A stretch of DNA of 62,653 nt, the filler included, from Actinomycetota bacterium (GTDB taxonomy: Bacteria > Actinomycetota > Acidimicrobiia > IMCC26256 > VFJJ01), in assembly GCA_009886115.1 (NCBI GenBank). It is 3 parts of 3 records of this genome, joined end to end, with 100 filler letters (N's around TTAATTAATTAA, not from the genome) between each part and the next. Parts side by side here need not be neighbours in the genome. Positions count along the whole stretch, not along the records: positions 28,160 to 57,949 come from VFJJ01000068.1; 2 more parts are not named here. The stretch is one strand, 5' to 3'. Below, piece after piece: positions 41,495 to 51,367 of this stretch. A program made the translations under genes and the position numbers. Position 1 is the first letter of the stretch, and each line of letters begins with the position of its first letter. The notes below the pieces were generated by a model that ran no database searches, had not been told where the DNA came from, and was given only the letters and a program-made list of their open reading frames with translations.

Positions 41495-42453
41495 GGGTCG
41501 ACCGCCACGACCTGCTGTACCGAGGACTCGTGTGGGCTGCACCGTTGACTCGCAATCGTGTGTCCGGGCGCATGTGGGACCGCGCCTGGGCCCGCTTGTC
41601 GAGCCGGATAGACGTGACCAGACGGGTATCGATGCGTCTGCACGGGCGCGAGGCGATCATCAACGTGGGAAACCCATACCCGGCCTTCGCTCGACGGTGG
41701 CCGAGCTACAACATGCCCTTGGTGGCAGTGGTGAACGAGGTCGGTCGTGTGTTGCAACGGCCGGTCACGCTCGTCGATGTGGGTGCCGCTATCGGCGACA
41801 CGGTGCTGCTCGTGCGTGAACGCTGCCCGGGTGTGATGGGGGCCGTCCACTGCGTCGAAGGCGATCCCGAGTTCCTTGAGATCCTGCGCGCCAACACCGC
41901 CGGGCTCGCGGAGGTGTATGTCCACGCCGGCATGGTGGCCGAGGCCCAGCTCGACGTGCCCACACTCGTCCGCACGCACGCTGGAACGGCGAGCCCCCAG
42001 GGCAGCGAGTCCCGGCGGGCGACGACCCTCGACCTGCTCCTCGCGGGGACCGAACCCATCGACATCGTCAAGATCGACACCGATGGCTTCGACGGTCGTG
42101 TCCTTGCAGGGGCAGACGCGATTCTCGGCGAGGCCCGACCGGTGGTGGTCTTCGAATGGCATCCCAAGCTCTGCCTCGCTACCGACACTCCCTGGACCCT
42201 GGCCTTCGACACCCTCGTGGCGCACGGCTACCGCACGGCCGTCTGGTTCACCAAGTTCGGCACGTTCGACCACATTGGCGAGCTCGGGGATCGCACCTCG
42301 TTGGCGACACTGGCGGCGCTGTGCCTCGAGGACCTCGGTCCTGCGCCTGACTGGCACTACGACGTGGTCGCGCTCCCTTCGGAGTCGACGATCAGCGGGA
42401 ACGATCTCGTCGACGCGGTGTCCAAGCTCGGAGGTTGCCGTGGGCGACGCTGA
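41491..42453 (+). CDS. FkbM-family methyltransferase
   Basis: VDVGAAIGD, IDIVKIDTDGFD, VVFEW. Confidence 0.88.
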   Translation: MRVDRHDLLYRGLVWAAPLTRNRVSGRMWDRAWARLSSRIDVTRRVSMRLHGREAIINVGNPYPAFARRWPSYNMPLVAVVNEVGRVLQRPVTLVDVGAAIGDTVLLVRERCPGVMGAVHCVEGDPEFLEILRANTAGLAEVYVHAGMVAEAQLDVPTLVRTHAGTASPQGSESRRATTLDLLLAGTEPIDIVKIDTDGFDGRVLAGADAILGEARPVVVFEWHPKLCLATDTPWTLAFDTLVAHGYRTAVWFTKFGTFDHIGELGDRTSLATLAALCLEDLGPAPDWHYDVVALPSESTISGNDLVDAVSKLGGCRGRR

Positions 42454-44383
42454 ACAGTCCCATCGACCGGTCGTCGACGTCGTGATCCTGACCTGGAACG
42501 ACGGGTCGCTCCTCGACATCGCGGTCGACTCGGCCCTTTCATCGCTGGACGTCGACGTGAGGGTGTACGTCATCGACAACGGATCGGACACTCCTGTCGT
42601 ATGTCGCCGCGACCCGCGTGTGACATTGCTGCACAACGAGATCAATCGGGGCGTGGCCTGCGCTCGAAACCAGGGCGTGCGTGCCGGAGATGCTCCCGTC
42701 GTGTGCTTCCTCGACTCCGACGCGCGCCTCCATCCCGGAGCGCTCGCGACCCTGGTCGAGGCACTGCTCGCTGACGACCGCCACGGGCTGACGGCGCCTG
42801 TGTTCAGCCATCAGCGACCCGAGGATTCAGCTGGGGCACGACCCACCATGGCTCGCAAGCTGCTCCGGGCGGCGAATCTCACCGGGAGCTACGCGGGGGT
42901 GGTACGCGGATCGACTCAGGTGCAACAGTCGGATCGGGGTCGCACCCAGAAGGTGGCGGTGGCCATCGGCGCGTGCCAGGTCTTCCGCAGAGATGCGTTC
43001 GTCCAGGTGGGAGGGCTCGACGAGGCCTACTTCTACGGTCCGGAGGACATCGACTTCTGCCTCCGGCTCGGCGCTGTCGGTTGGAACGTCCTCCAGGTTC
43101 TGGACGCACGCGTTGATCATCCGGCTCGTCGACGGAATCGACGGCTCCTGACCCGTTCTGGCCTGCGCCATGCCGTCGCCGTCGCAAGGTTCCTCTGGCG
43201 CCATCGCTTCGGAAGGCCGGTCTTCGCGCCTCGTACGGGAGCCCGTGCTCCCGCAGACGCTCCAAGAACGACTCCGTCCGACCGCAGCGCGCCCGACGGG
43301 AACAGCGGCGGCTCGTCGGATTCGGGGAGATATCCCGCGGTCGACGTCGTGATCGTCGGGTATCGCAGTGGTCAGCGCTTGCTTCGGGCGATTGAGTCGG
43401 TGAGCGCGGAGCCCTCCGTGGGACGGGTGATCGTCGTCGACCACGGCAACGGCGCCGATGCGACGTTGGCGAAAGTGGTTGGTGCGGTCACCGTGCATGA
43501 TCCGACCAACCCCGGTTTCGGTGCCGGCCAGAACGCTGGCCGCTCGTTCGTCACGACGCCCTACGTGCTCGTCTTGAATCCCGACGCAGAGATGCGCCCC
43601 GGGGTGATCGCCGAGGCGCTCGTTCTGCTCGAGGCCCGTCCTGAGGTCGGTGCGGTTCAGGGCGTCATCATTGGCCGCGACGGTCGGCCCGAGCGCAGCC
43701 AGGGTCGAGCGATCGGGTCGCTCCATCTCATCGGGCGAGCGATCGGCGCCGGTTGGTTTCTCAGGAACGCAACCGCACGGAGCCTCGTCGAGCGGATCGG
43801 TGTCGGACGGATTCCGTCTCTCGCTGACCACGTCGAACGGGTGCCTCGCGACACCGAGGATGTCGAGGCTCTCGCTGCCACAGCGATCCTCTTTCGGGTC
43901 GCAGCGCTCGAATCGGTCGGGGGCTTCGATGAGCGCTACTTCCTCTACGGAGAGGACCTCGACTTGGCCCGACGCCTCCGAGGATTGGGATGGAGATTGA
44001 CCTCGATCCCGGCTGTTTGGGCCGATCATGCGAGTGGCGCCTCGTCCGAGACGACGTGGGACCGCGAGCTCGAATGGTGGCGCGGCACGCTGCGGTACTT
44101 CGCTCGATGGAGTACCGACGCCGAATGGCGCAGGATCGGCTTCGCCCGAACGGTCGTGGCCGGCAGGCTCGTGTTACGTCGGCCTCGTTCGGCGCCAGCG
44201 GTGCGTGAAGCCCTCACACTCTCCCCCCGAGCCGTGCGTGCCGCGCGCACGATCACTCCCGTGTGGACCCGCCGCGCCTCCAGAGCGCACCCAGGTGATC
44301 CGGCCGCGCGTCAGATCGAACGAGCCGCCCCCAGCATTGGAGCGAGTTCGCTGCCCGCATCCGTAGCGGCCGCGCCCCGCTGA
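42440..44383 (+). CDS. Tandem two-domain glycosyltransferase family 2
   Basis: Two GT2 units (IDNGS..FLDSD..GPEDIDFC; VVDHG..LNPD..YGEDLDL) joined by a linker. Confidence 0.88.
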   Translation: MGDAEQSHRPVVDVVILTWNDGSLLDIAVDSALSSLDVDVRVYVIDNGSDTPVVCRRDPRVTLLHNEINRGVACARNQGVRAGDAPVVCFLDSDARLHPGALATLVEALLADDRHGLTAPVFSHQRPEDSAGARPTMARKLLRAANLTGSYAGVVRGSTQVQQSDRGRTQKVAVAIGACQVFRRDAFVQVGGLDEAYFYGPEDIDFCLRLGAVGWNVLQVLDARVDHPARRRNRRLLTRSGLRHAVAVARFLWRHRFGRPVFAPRTGARAPADAPRTTPSDRSAPDGNSGGSSDSGRYPAVDVVIVGYRSGQRLLRAIESVSAEPSVGRVIVVDHGNGADATLAKVVGAVTVHDPTNPGFGAGQNAGRSFVTTPYVLVLNPDAEMRPGVIAEALVLLEARPEVGAVQGVIIGRDGRPERSQGRAIGSLHLIGRAIGAGWFLRNATARSLVERIGVGRIPSLADHVERVPRDTEDVEALAATAILFRVAALESVGGFDERYFLYGEDLDLARRLRGLGWRLTSIPAVWADHASGASSETTWDRELEWWRGTLRYFARWSTDAEWRRIGFARTVVAGRLVLRRPRSAPAVREALTLSPRAVRAARTITPVWTRRASRAHPGDPAARQIERAAPSIGASSLPASVAAAPR

Positions 44384-44454
44384 CCGCGGCGACTACCGGT
44401 CTGAGCACCGAGCCCGGACCCACACGGGCAATCGGCCCGGGCCGACGTGGCCGG

Positions 44455-45573
44455 TCAGGTGATGTCGAGCATGCGTTGGAGGGCGACCCGGGACCATTGA
44501 CGGGTCTCGGGGTCGACGGTGATGCGGTTGACGACGGTGCCGGCGACGAGGTTCTCGAGCACCCAGGCCAGGTGGGGCTGGTCGATGCGGAACATGGTCG
44601 AGCAGGGGCAGATGAGTGGATCGAGCGTGAAGATCGTCTTGTCGGGATGCTCGGCGGCGAGTCGGCGCACCATGTTCACCTCGGTGCCGATGGCGAGCAC
44701 CGATCCCGCCGAAGCTGATTCTACGGCGTTGAGGATGTACTCGGTGGAGCCCACCTCGTCGGCCACCTCCACCACGTCGTGGGCCACCTCGGGGTGCACG
44801 ATCACCCGCACCCCGGGATGCTCGGCCCGGGCCACGGCCACGTGCTCGGGCTTGAACCGCTGGTGCACGGTGCAATGGCCCTTCCACAGCAGCAGGGTGG
44901 CCTCCTTGACGTCGTGCTCCTCCAAGGCGCCGAGATCGCGATGCGGATTCCACACCCGCATGTCTGCGTGTCCGAAGCCCATCTGGAAGCCGGTGTTGCG
45001 CCCCAGGTGCTGGTCGGGGAAGAAGAGCACCTTGTCGCCCTGGGCCTGACCCTCGTAGCGGCCCGAGCCCAGGGCCCATTCGAGGACCGCCCGCGCGTTC
45101 GACGACGTGCACACCGCGCCACCGTGGCGCCCCACGAACGCCTTCAGCGCAGCCGACGAGTTCATGTAGGTGATGGGGACGACACGCTCGACGTCGACGA
45201 CCCCGCCCAACGCCTCCCAACACTCCTCGACCTGATCGATGTCGGCCATGTCGGCCATGGAGCAGCCGGCGTTCAGATCGGGGAGGATCACACGTTGGGC
45301 CGGCTTGGTGAGCACGTCGGCCGACTCGGCCATGAAGTGCACGCCGCAGAAGACGATGTCGGTGGCCTGGGTGTTGTCAGCGGCGAAGCGGGCCAACTTG
45401 AAGGAGTCGCCCCGGGCGTCGGCCCACCGGATCACCTCGTCACGCTGGTAGTGGTGGCCGAGGATCAGGAGCCTCTCGCCGAGATGCTCCTTGGCTGCGG
45501 CGATCCACGACGCCAGCTCGTCGGGCGATGCCGACGAGTAGCGATCGGGCAGCGGAACCTGCAGGCGAACCAT
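44455..45573 (-). CDS. nadA: Quinolinate synthase A
   Basis: ILGHHYQRDEV, FCGVHFMAES, AGCSMAD, GHCTVH, HPE, CPCSTM. ATG lies 7 nt after -10 TACAGT. Confidence 0.97.
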   Translation of the reverse strand: MVRLQVPLPDRYSSASPDELASWIAAAKEHLGERLLILGHHYQRDEVIRWADARGDSFKLARFAADNTQATDIVFCGVHFMAESADVLTKPAQRVILPDLNAGCSMADMADIDQVEECWEALGGVVDVERVVPITYMNSSAALKAFVGRHGGAVCTSSNARAVLEWALGSGRYEGQAQGDKVLFFPDQHLGRNTGFQMGFGHADMRVWNPHRDLGALEEHDVKEATLLLWKGHCTVHQRFKPEHVAVARAEHPGVRVIVHPEVAHDVVEVADEVGSTEYILNAVESASAGSVLAIGTEVNMVRRLAAEHPDKTIFTLDPLICPCSTMFRIDQPHLAWVLENLVAGTVVNRITVDPETRQWSRVALQRMLDIT

Positions 45574-45785
45574 GTTGTCAACTGTACCCCTCGCGATCCG
45601 AGCGCTCCTGGGGTGCTGGCCCGTGGCCGGAGCGTCGACATCTCGGGTGAAGCCCGGTCCGTCCGCGATGACGACCACAGGACGATCCCGGCCGCGGGCG
45701 GTCATGGCTGGTCAAGCCCCACCGTTCGGATGTCGATCCCCTCCGTGTGCACGGCCCAGCCCGAGGTGACGATTCCTGCACCCGG

Positions 45786-47180
45786 ATGACCATGCTGGGC
45801 GTTGCCGCCCGATTGGTGATGGCCCTGGTGTTGCTGATCGACGTCCCCGACCCGTGGACCGCGTCGTTCCTGAACAGCGACATGACCAGGTACCGGGAGA
45901 TCGCCACCGCTCCGGGCCGCCCGCATCAGGATTTCCCCGTCGAGTATCCGCCGGTGCTCTATGCAGCGATCGAGGTGCTCGCTCAGGGCGCCCAGCAGCC
46001 CAGCGACGCGACCCCGAATGCCGAGAGCCTCGGCGCCGGGAGTGCCACCGGCGTGACCGAGGGCGACATCCAGCGGCGTCTGATCGTCGTCGCGCTGGTC
46101 GTCGACCTGGCGATCGCGGGAGTGCTGGGATGGGGCTTCGGGGCCCGGGCGACCAAGCGGTACCTGCTCTTCGGGCTGCCGCTGGTGCTCTCGGGGATGA
46201 CGTACCTTCGGCTCGATCTCCTCCCTGTGCTGTTCGCCGCGATGGGGCTGGCCGTGCACAAGCGGGGACGGCCGACAGCCGCCGGGCTGTTGTGGGTTCT
46301 CGGTGCCTTCACCAAGTTGTGGCCCGGCGTCCTGCTCGGGATCCTCGTCGCCGAGCGGCGTTGGCGGGCCCTGGCGGTGGCCGGGAGCGCTGGAGCGATC
46401 GGCTTGGTGGGCTGGCAGAGCTGGGGCGGCCCGGACGCCTTCAATCAGGTGCTCGGCATGCGGGGTGCCGGCGGTTGGCAGGTCGAAAGCCTGCCGGGCT
46501 CGATCGCGCTCGCCTTCGGGGACGGGGTGACCCGCATCGAGTCGGGAGCCTGGCGCGTCGGTGAGGCTTCATCGGTTGTTCGTCTGGTCCTCGGGGTGGC
46601 TGGGGTCGTCGCCGTGGTCGGTCCGTGGCTGTTGGCCCGCCGACACCGGGAGCCTCACCTGGTGACAGCCTCGGCCGGGATGGTCGCCGTGACCGGCCTT
46701 CTGGTGACGGCCCCGCTCCTGTCTCCTCAGTTCGTCAACTGGCTCCTCCCGATGATCGCGATCGTCCCGGCCCTCGCTCCCCGTACCGACGCGGTCGCCG
46801 CTCCGGTCGCCCCGCTCGCCGAACTTCCGGCTGAGGACTCAGCGAGTGATCGCCGGGACGGTCCCTCGCAGCCCTCGGGCGCCGATGGCGCGTCCTGGTG
46901 GAAGGGTTGGTCGGTCCGCTCCGCCCCAACCGGGGTGGCGGGCCTCGACGTGTGCGCATGGATCGTCATGATCTTCACGCTCCTCGTCTGCGCTTCCTAC
47001 GACGAGATGCTGGCCCGCGAACCATCGGCCATCGTCGTGTTGCTCGTACGCAATGGGGCCCTGGTCGCGCTGGCGATCGTGGGGTACCGGCATCTCGCGC
47101 GCTCGAGCACCCCCGTCCCCGTGCCCGTCCCCGAGCCGAGTTCAACCCCGGTCGGGCCTGTGCCGATCGAGGTGGGGTGA
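45786..47180 (+). CDS. GT87/DUF2029-like (GT-C) membrane glycosyltransferase
   Basis: SD..RY, VEYPP, RLDLLP, TKLWP, QVESLPG, LSPQFVNWL. Confidence 0.75.
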   Translation: MTMLGVAARLVMALVLLIDVPDPWTASFLNSDMTRYREIATAPGRPHQDFPVEYPPVLYAAIEVLAQGAQQPSDATPNAESLGAGSATGVTEGDIQRRLIVVALVVDLAIAGVLGWGFGARATKRYLLFGLPLVLSGMTYLRLDLLPVLFAAMGLAVHKRGRPTAAGLLWVLGAFTKLWPGVLLGILVAERRWRALAVAGSAGAIGLVGWQSWGGPDAFNQVLGMRGAGGWQVESLPGSIALAFGDGVTRIESGAWRVGEASSVVRLVLGVAGVVAVVGPWLLARRHREPHLVTASAGMVAVTGLLVTAPLLSPQFVNWLLPMIAIVPALAPRTDAVAAPVAPLAELPAEDSASDRRDGPSQPSGADGASWWKGWSVRSAPTGVAGLDVCAWIVMIFTLLVCASYDEMLAREPSAIVVLLVRNGALVALAIVGYRHLARSSTPVPVPVPEPSSTPVGPVPIEVG

Positions 47181-48625
47181 GCATCGAGGCGGCTCCGACA
47201 ACGGTTCAGGCCGACACGCCGGCGGCTGCTCAGGGCGTCCTGCCCGAAGCGGTTCACCGAACGCCGCCGCACCCCCTGATCCCCGGACTGCTGATATTGC
47301 GGGTCGTGCTGGCGTTCATGATGGTGCGAGCGGTGCCCGACGAGCTCCCGTCGGACTTCCTCTACAGCGACACCGGTCGCTACCAGGAGATCGCCGGGGC
47401 TGACGGACGCCCGTACCGCGATCACGACGTCGAGTACCCGCCGGTGCTGGTCGGGGTCATCGAGGCCATTGTCGACGACGGTGACACCGGGGGTGACGTC
47501 GCCAGGCGGGTGATCGTCCTCGCCCTCCTCTGCGATCTCGCGGCGTTCGCCGCCATCGCCTGGGGTTGGGGTGAGCGCGCCGGCCGGCGCTACCTCCTGA
47601 TCGGCCTGCCGCTGCTGGCCGTGCGGCTCCCGTACGTTCGACTCGACCTGCTCTCGGCGGCGATCGCCGCGTGGGGCCTGGCGTTGGTGCACAAGCGACG
47701 CCCGACCGCCGGGGGAGTGGTGCTCGTGCTCGGTGCGTTCACCAAGCTCTGGCCCGGCGTTCTGCTCGGCGTGCTCATCGTCCAGCGACGTTGGCGGGCG
47801 CTCGGCGTTGCGTGCGCCGCTGGAGGCGCCGGGCTCGTGGCCTGGGGCGCCTGGGGCGGCGGCGACGCTTTCGGACAGGTCCTCACCATGCGGAGCGCGC
47901 AGGGCTGGCAGATCGAGAGCCTGCCGGGCTCGCTCGCTGAGCTCGTCACCAGCGCCAAGCCGGTGTTCAACTCGGGCGCCTGGAGAGTCGGCAACGCCCC
48001 GGCGCTGTGGCGGGGCGCACTCACCCTCCTGTCGATCGTGGCGATCACCGTGCCCTGGCTCGCCGTGTGGCGTCGAGGGTTCCGACCGCGACCAGCGCTC
48101 GTCGGCAGCATCCCTTCGAGCAGCATCCCTTCGAGCAGCATCTCTTCGAGCAGCGCCGGCGCCGACGCAGACCGATCGTCACCGGCGTGGGCGCTGGCGG
48201 CGTTGGGGTCGGTGGCCGGGCTGATGGCGACGGGCCCACTGTTGTCGCCCCAGTTCGTGATCTGGCTCCTACCCCTGCTCGCGATCGTCCCGCCGGCTGC
48301 GGATGCGTGGGGCAAGGCCGTTCACCGGGTGGGGACGGCCGTCGTGGCTCTCACGGCCGTGCTCTTCCTGGTGCTCAACCAGCTCCTGGCCCGTAGCCCC
48401 GGCGGCCTCGAGATACTCCTCCTTCGCAACGCCGCGCTGGTCGCTCTGACGATCGCCTGCGTGGCCTCGATCCACCGGCGCACTCCGCCGGCATCGGCAT
48501 CGGCATCGGCATCGGCATCGGCTTCCAGAGCGGGCACGTCCGCGACGAACCAGATCGAGACATCACCCTCAGCCCGGGCGAGTCCAGCTGAGGTCGTCGA
48601 AGCGGGCGAAGTCGCGGTCGAGTGA
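47177..48625 (+). CDS. GT87/DUF2029-like membrane glycosyltransferase (tandem paralog)
   Basis: Same motifs (VEYPP, RLDLL, TKLWP, QIESLPG, LSPQF). Low-complexity repeat insertions at about 48106-48152 and 48490-48521. Confidence 0.75.
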   Translation: MSIEAAPTTVQADTPAAAQGVLPEAVHRTPPHPLIPGLLILRVVLAFMMVRAVPDELPSDFLYSDTGRYQEIAGADGRPYRDHDVEYPPVLVGVIEAIVDDGDTGGDVARRVIVLALLCDLAAFAAIAWGWGERAGRRYLLIGLPLLAVRLPYVRLDLLSAAIAAWGLALVHKRRPTAGGVVLVLGAFTKLWPGVLLGVLIVQRRWRALGVACAAGGAGLVAWGAWGGGDAFGQVLTMRSAQGWQIESLPGSLAELVTSAKPVFNSGAWRVGNAPALWRGALTLLSIVAITVPWLAVWRRGFRPRPALVGSIPSSSIPSSSISSSSAGADADRSSPAWALAALGSVAGLMATGPLLSPQFVIWLLPLLAIVPPAADAWGKAVHRVGTAVVALTAVLFLVLNQLLARSPGGLEILLLRNAALVALTIACVASIHRRTPPASASASASASASRAGTSATNQIETSPSARASPAEVVEAGEVAVE

Positions 48626-48994
48626 CGCCAGTGCGCAGCCGTGCTCGATGGCGATCGCTGCCAGGAATGCGTCGGCTGCCAGATCCCCGGTGGCATCGAA
48701 CGACACGCAGAGGCGTTCGAACGTCTCGTAGAGGCCTGCGCTCGGGGTGAGATCGAGATGGTGAGGCTGGGCCCTCACCGAGGCCACGAACCCGAAGGCA
48801 TCGGACAACGGCGTCGGAACCTGGAAGACCCGCCGGTGCGTGGCGATGCGCACGAACGAGGCCCACACCGACGACGGGACGGTGAAAGGCTCGTCGCCTG
48901 CCATCAGGGCGTCGAACCACGGGCGGACGAGGCCGTAGCGGGGGTGGTCGTCGCGGTGGACGGCCAGCACGACGTTGACGTCGAGAAGGATCAC
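48569..48994 (-). CDS. vapC: VapC PIN-domain ribonuclease toxin
   Basis: MILLDVNVV, FVRIATH, DAFLAAIAIEHG..LASLDRDFARF. Confidence 0.92.
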   Translation of the reverse strand: MILLDVNVVLAVHRDDHPRYGLVRPWFDALMAGDEPFTVPSSVWASFVRIATHRRVFQVPTPLSDAFGFVASVRAQPHHLDLTPSAGLYETFERLCVSFDATGDLAADAFLAAIAIEHGCALASLDRDFARFDDLSWTRPG

Positions 48995-49266
48995 CGCAGC
49001 CGGCCACCACCGTCGGCCTCTGCGCCCGCAGCGTCATCGTCGAGCAACTCGGCCAGGGCCCGGTTCGACGTGAGATCGACACCGGGGTGTGGTCCGCCCC
49101 AGCCGTGGTACACCGGCACGGGAAGACGCTCGACGGACCCGGCCGGACGGGCCATCTCACGGCGCAGCGCGGCCTCGACGAGCTCGCCCAGCGTCAATCC
49201 GTCCTGGCGCGCCCTCCGCCGGGCCTCGGCGAGCAGGCGGTCATCGATCGAGACGGTGGTGCGCAT
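48991..49266 (-). CDS. vapB: VapB ribbon-helix-helix antitoxin
   Basis: MRTTVSIDDRLL..ARRRA..G.TLGELVEAALR, PGVDL. 4-nt overlap with vapC. Confidence 0.9.
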   Translation of the reverse strand: MRTTVSIDDRLLAEARRRARQDGLTLGELVEAALRREMARPAGSVERLPVPVYHGWGGPHPGVDLTSNRALAELLDDDAAGAEADGGGRLR

Positions 49267-49296
49267 GATGCAGAGAGTACTGCATCACATGCATCA
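49266..49296 (-). promoter_or_regulatory. vapBC operator and leaderless promoter
   Basis: Inverted repeat TGATGCAG-N6-CTGCATCA straddles -10 TACTCT, 7 nt before the ATG. An extra half-site TGCATCA lies at 49290-49296. Confidence 0.75.
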
Positions 49297-49426
49297 CCAG
49301 CGCGGGCGCGAGGTGGTCGTCGGTTGTTTCACATGTGGGCCATTCCCCGACCAGCTCGGAACCCAGGCCCACGACAACTCCCGGCCACCGCGGGGTTCCG
49401 GCGCGGCGGCGCGGCAGAATCGTGGT

Positions 49427-51367
49427 GTGCTCGAACGGCCGGCAACCTCGACGATCCCCGACATGCCCGGCTCGTACCAGTTCAAGGATGTCCACGGGCA
49501 GGTCATCTACGTCGGCAAGGCCAAGAGCCTACGGAGCCGGCTGGCCAGCTACTTCGTGGCTCCGCACCTGCTCCCGGCCCGCACCCGGCAGATGGTCGCC
49601 GCGGCGGCGACCGTCGAGTGGATCGAGGTCCGCAACGAGGTCGAGGCGTTCTTCCTCGAGTTCAACCTCATCAAGCGCTACCAGCCCCGCTTCAACATCA
49701 GGCTCAAGGACGACAAGTCGTACCCGTTCCTCGCCATCACGAGCGACGAGCAGTGGCCCCAGGCGACCGTCCGCCGGGGGGTGAAGAAGAAGGGGCAGCG
49801 CTGGTTCGGGCCCTTCGCCCATGCGTACGCCATCCGCGAGACGCTCGACCTCCTGTTGCGCACGTTCCCCATCCGCACGTGCAGCAACACCAAGCTCGAA
49901 CGGCACGCCAAGCTGGGCCGCCCGTGCCTGTACGCCCACATCGAGAAGTGCGTCGCGCCCTGCGTGGGGGCGGTCACCGACGACGAGTACGGGGCGCTCG
50001 TGGCCGAGCTCGTGGCCTTCCTCGACGGCGAGCACGCACCGGTGCTGCAACGCCTCGAACGAGACATGCGGACGGCCGCCACGGCGCTGGAGTTCGAGCG
50101 GGCCGCTCGGCTGCGCGACCAGATCGCCAGTGTTTCCAAGGTGATCGAGCGTCAGCAGATGGTGGGGGAGGGGCACGAGGACTTCGACGCCATCGGGATC
50201 CACGACGATGCGCTGGAAGCGGCGGTCCAGGTCTTCCACGTGCGCAAGGGGCGCATGGTCGGGCGCAAGGGCGTGGTCGTCGACAAGGTGGAAGATCTCA
50301 CGCCGCCCGAGTTCGTGGGCCGCATGCTCGAGCTGCTCTACGGAGACGAGCCCGACGTGCCTCGCGAGATCCTGGTGCCGGTCGAGCCCGACGATCTCGA
50401 GATCCACGAGCTGGTGCTGGCGGCACGCCGGGCCGAGACGATCGGACGGTCGAACGCCGCGGTCACCGTGCGGGTGGCCCAGCGGGGCGACAAGCGCGAG
50501 TTCCTCGAGATGGTCAACCGCAACGCCGAGGAGGACTTCCGTCGCCACCGGTTGCGGCGGGCGGCCGATCACAACGCCCGGGCCCGGGCGCTCACCGACC
50601 TGCAGGACGCCCTGGGTCTCGCCGAGGCGCCGCTGCGGATCGAGTGCTACGACATCTCGCACATCCAGGGCACCGAGATCGTGGCGTCGATGGTCGTGAT
50701 GGAGGACGGGCTCCCCAAGCGCAGCGACTACCGGCGCTTCAAGATCAAGACGCTCGACGGTCAGGACGACTTCGCGGCCATGGAGGAGGTGCTCACCCGG
50801 CGGTTCACCCGGCTGCTCGAAGACCGCGAGATCCCCGTGGCCGAACGCTCGGGCCGGTTCTCGTACCCCCCCAACCTGTGCCTGGTCGACGGGGGCAAGG
50901 GTCAGCTCAATCGGGCCGTCGAGGTGGTCGAGCAGCTCGGCCTCGAGGGCGAGATCGCCGTGGCATCACTGGCGAAGCGGCTCGAAGAGGTGTACGTGCC
51001 CGGCTCGTCCGAGCCCATCCGCATCCCCCGCGACTCCCAAGCGCTGTACCTGCTCCAGCAGATCCGGGACGAGGCCCACCGCTTCGCGATCACCTTCCAC
51101 AGGCAACGGCGGGGCAAGGCCATGACCCGCTCGGTGCTCGACGGGGTCGCTGGGCTCGGTCCCACCCGCAAGACCAGGCTGCTCAAGGAGTTCGGCTCGG
51201 TCAAGAAGCTGCGGGCCGTGCAGCTCGACGACCTGCTGGCGTTGGTGTGGTTGCCCGACGCCGTGGGCCGGGCCGTGCACGAGCGCCTCCATGGCCCGCC
51301 GCGACAGCAGCCTGCGCCGGGGATGGTCCCGGCCTCCGATGCCGGTGCGGTACCGTCGAAGCCATGA
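49427..51367 (+). CDS. uvrC: Excinuclease ABC subunit C
   Basis: PGSY..IYVGKAKSLRSR (GIY-YIG), RIECYDISH, DGGKGQ, RDEAHRFAI, HhH tail. Confidence 0.97.
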   Translation: MLERPATSTIPDMPGSYQFKDVHGQVIYVGKAKSLRSRLASYFVAPHLLPARTRQMVAAAATVEWIEVRNEVEAFFLEFNLIKRYQPRFNIRLKDDKSYPFLAITSDEQWPQATVRRGVKKKGQRWFGPFAHAYAIRETLDLLLRTFPIRTCSNTKLERHAKLGRPCLYAHIEKCVAPCVGAVTDDEYGALVAELVAFLDGEHAPVLQRLERDMRTAATALEFERAARLRDQIASVSKVIERQQMVGEGHEDFDAIGIHDDALEAAVQVFHVRKGRMVGRKGVVVDKVEDLTPPEFVGRMLELLYGDEPDVPREILVPVEPDDLEIHELVLAARRAETIGRSNAAVTVRVAQRGDKREFLEMVNRNAEEDFRRHRLRRAADHNARARALTDLQDALGLAEAPLRIECYDISHIQGTEIVASMVVMEDGLPKRSDYRRFKIKTLDGQDDFAAMEEVLTRRFTRLLEDREIPVAERSGRFSYPPNLCLVDGGKGQLNRAVEVVEQLGLEGEIAVASLAKRLEEVYVPGSSEPIRIPRDSQALYLLQQIRDEAHRFAITFHRQRRGKAMTRSVLDGVAGLGPTRKTRLLKEFGSVKKLRAVQLDDLLALVWLPDAVGRAVHERLHGPPRQQPAPGMVPASDAGAVPSKP

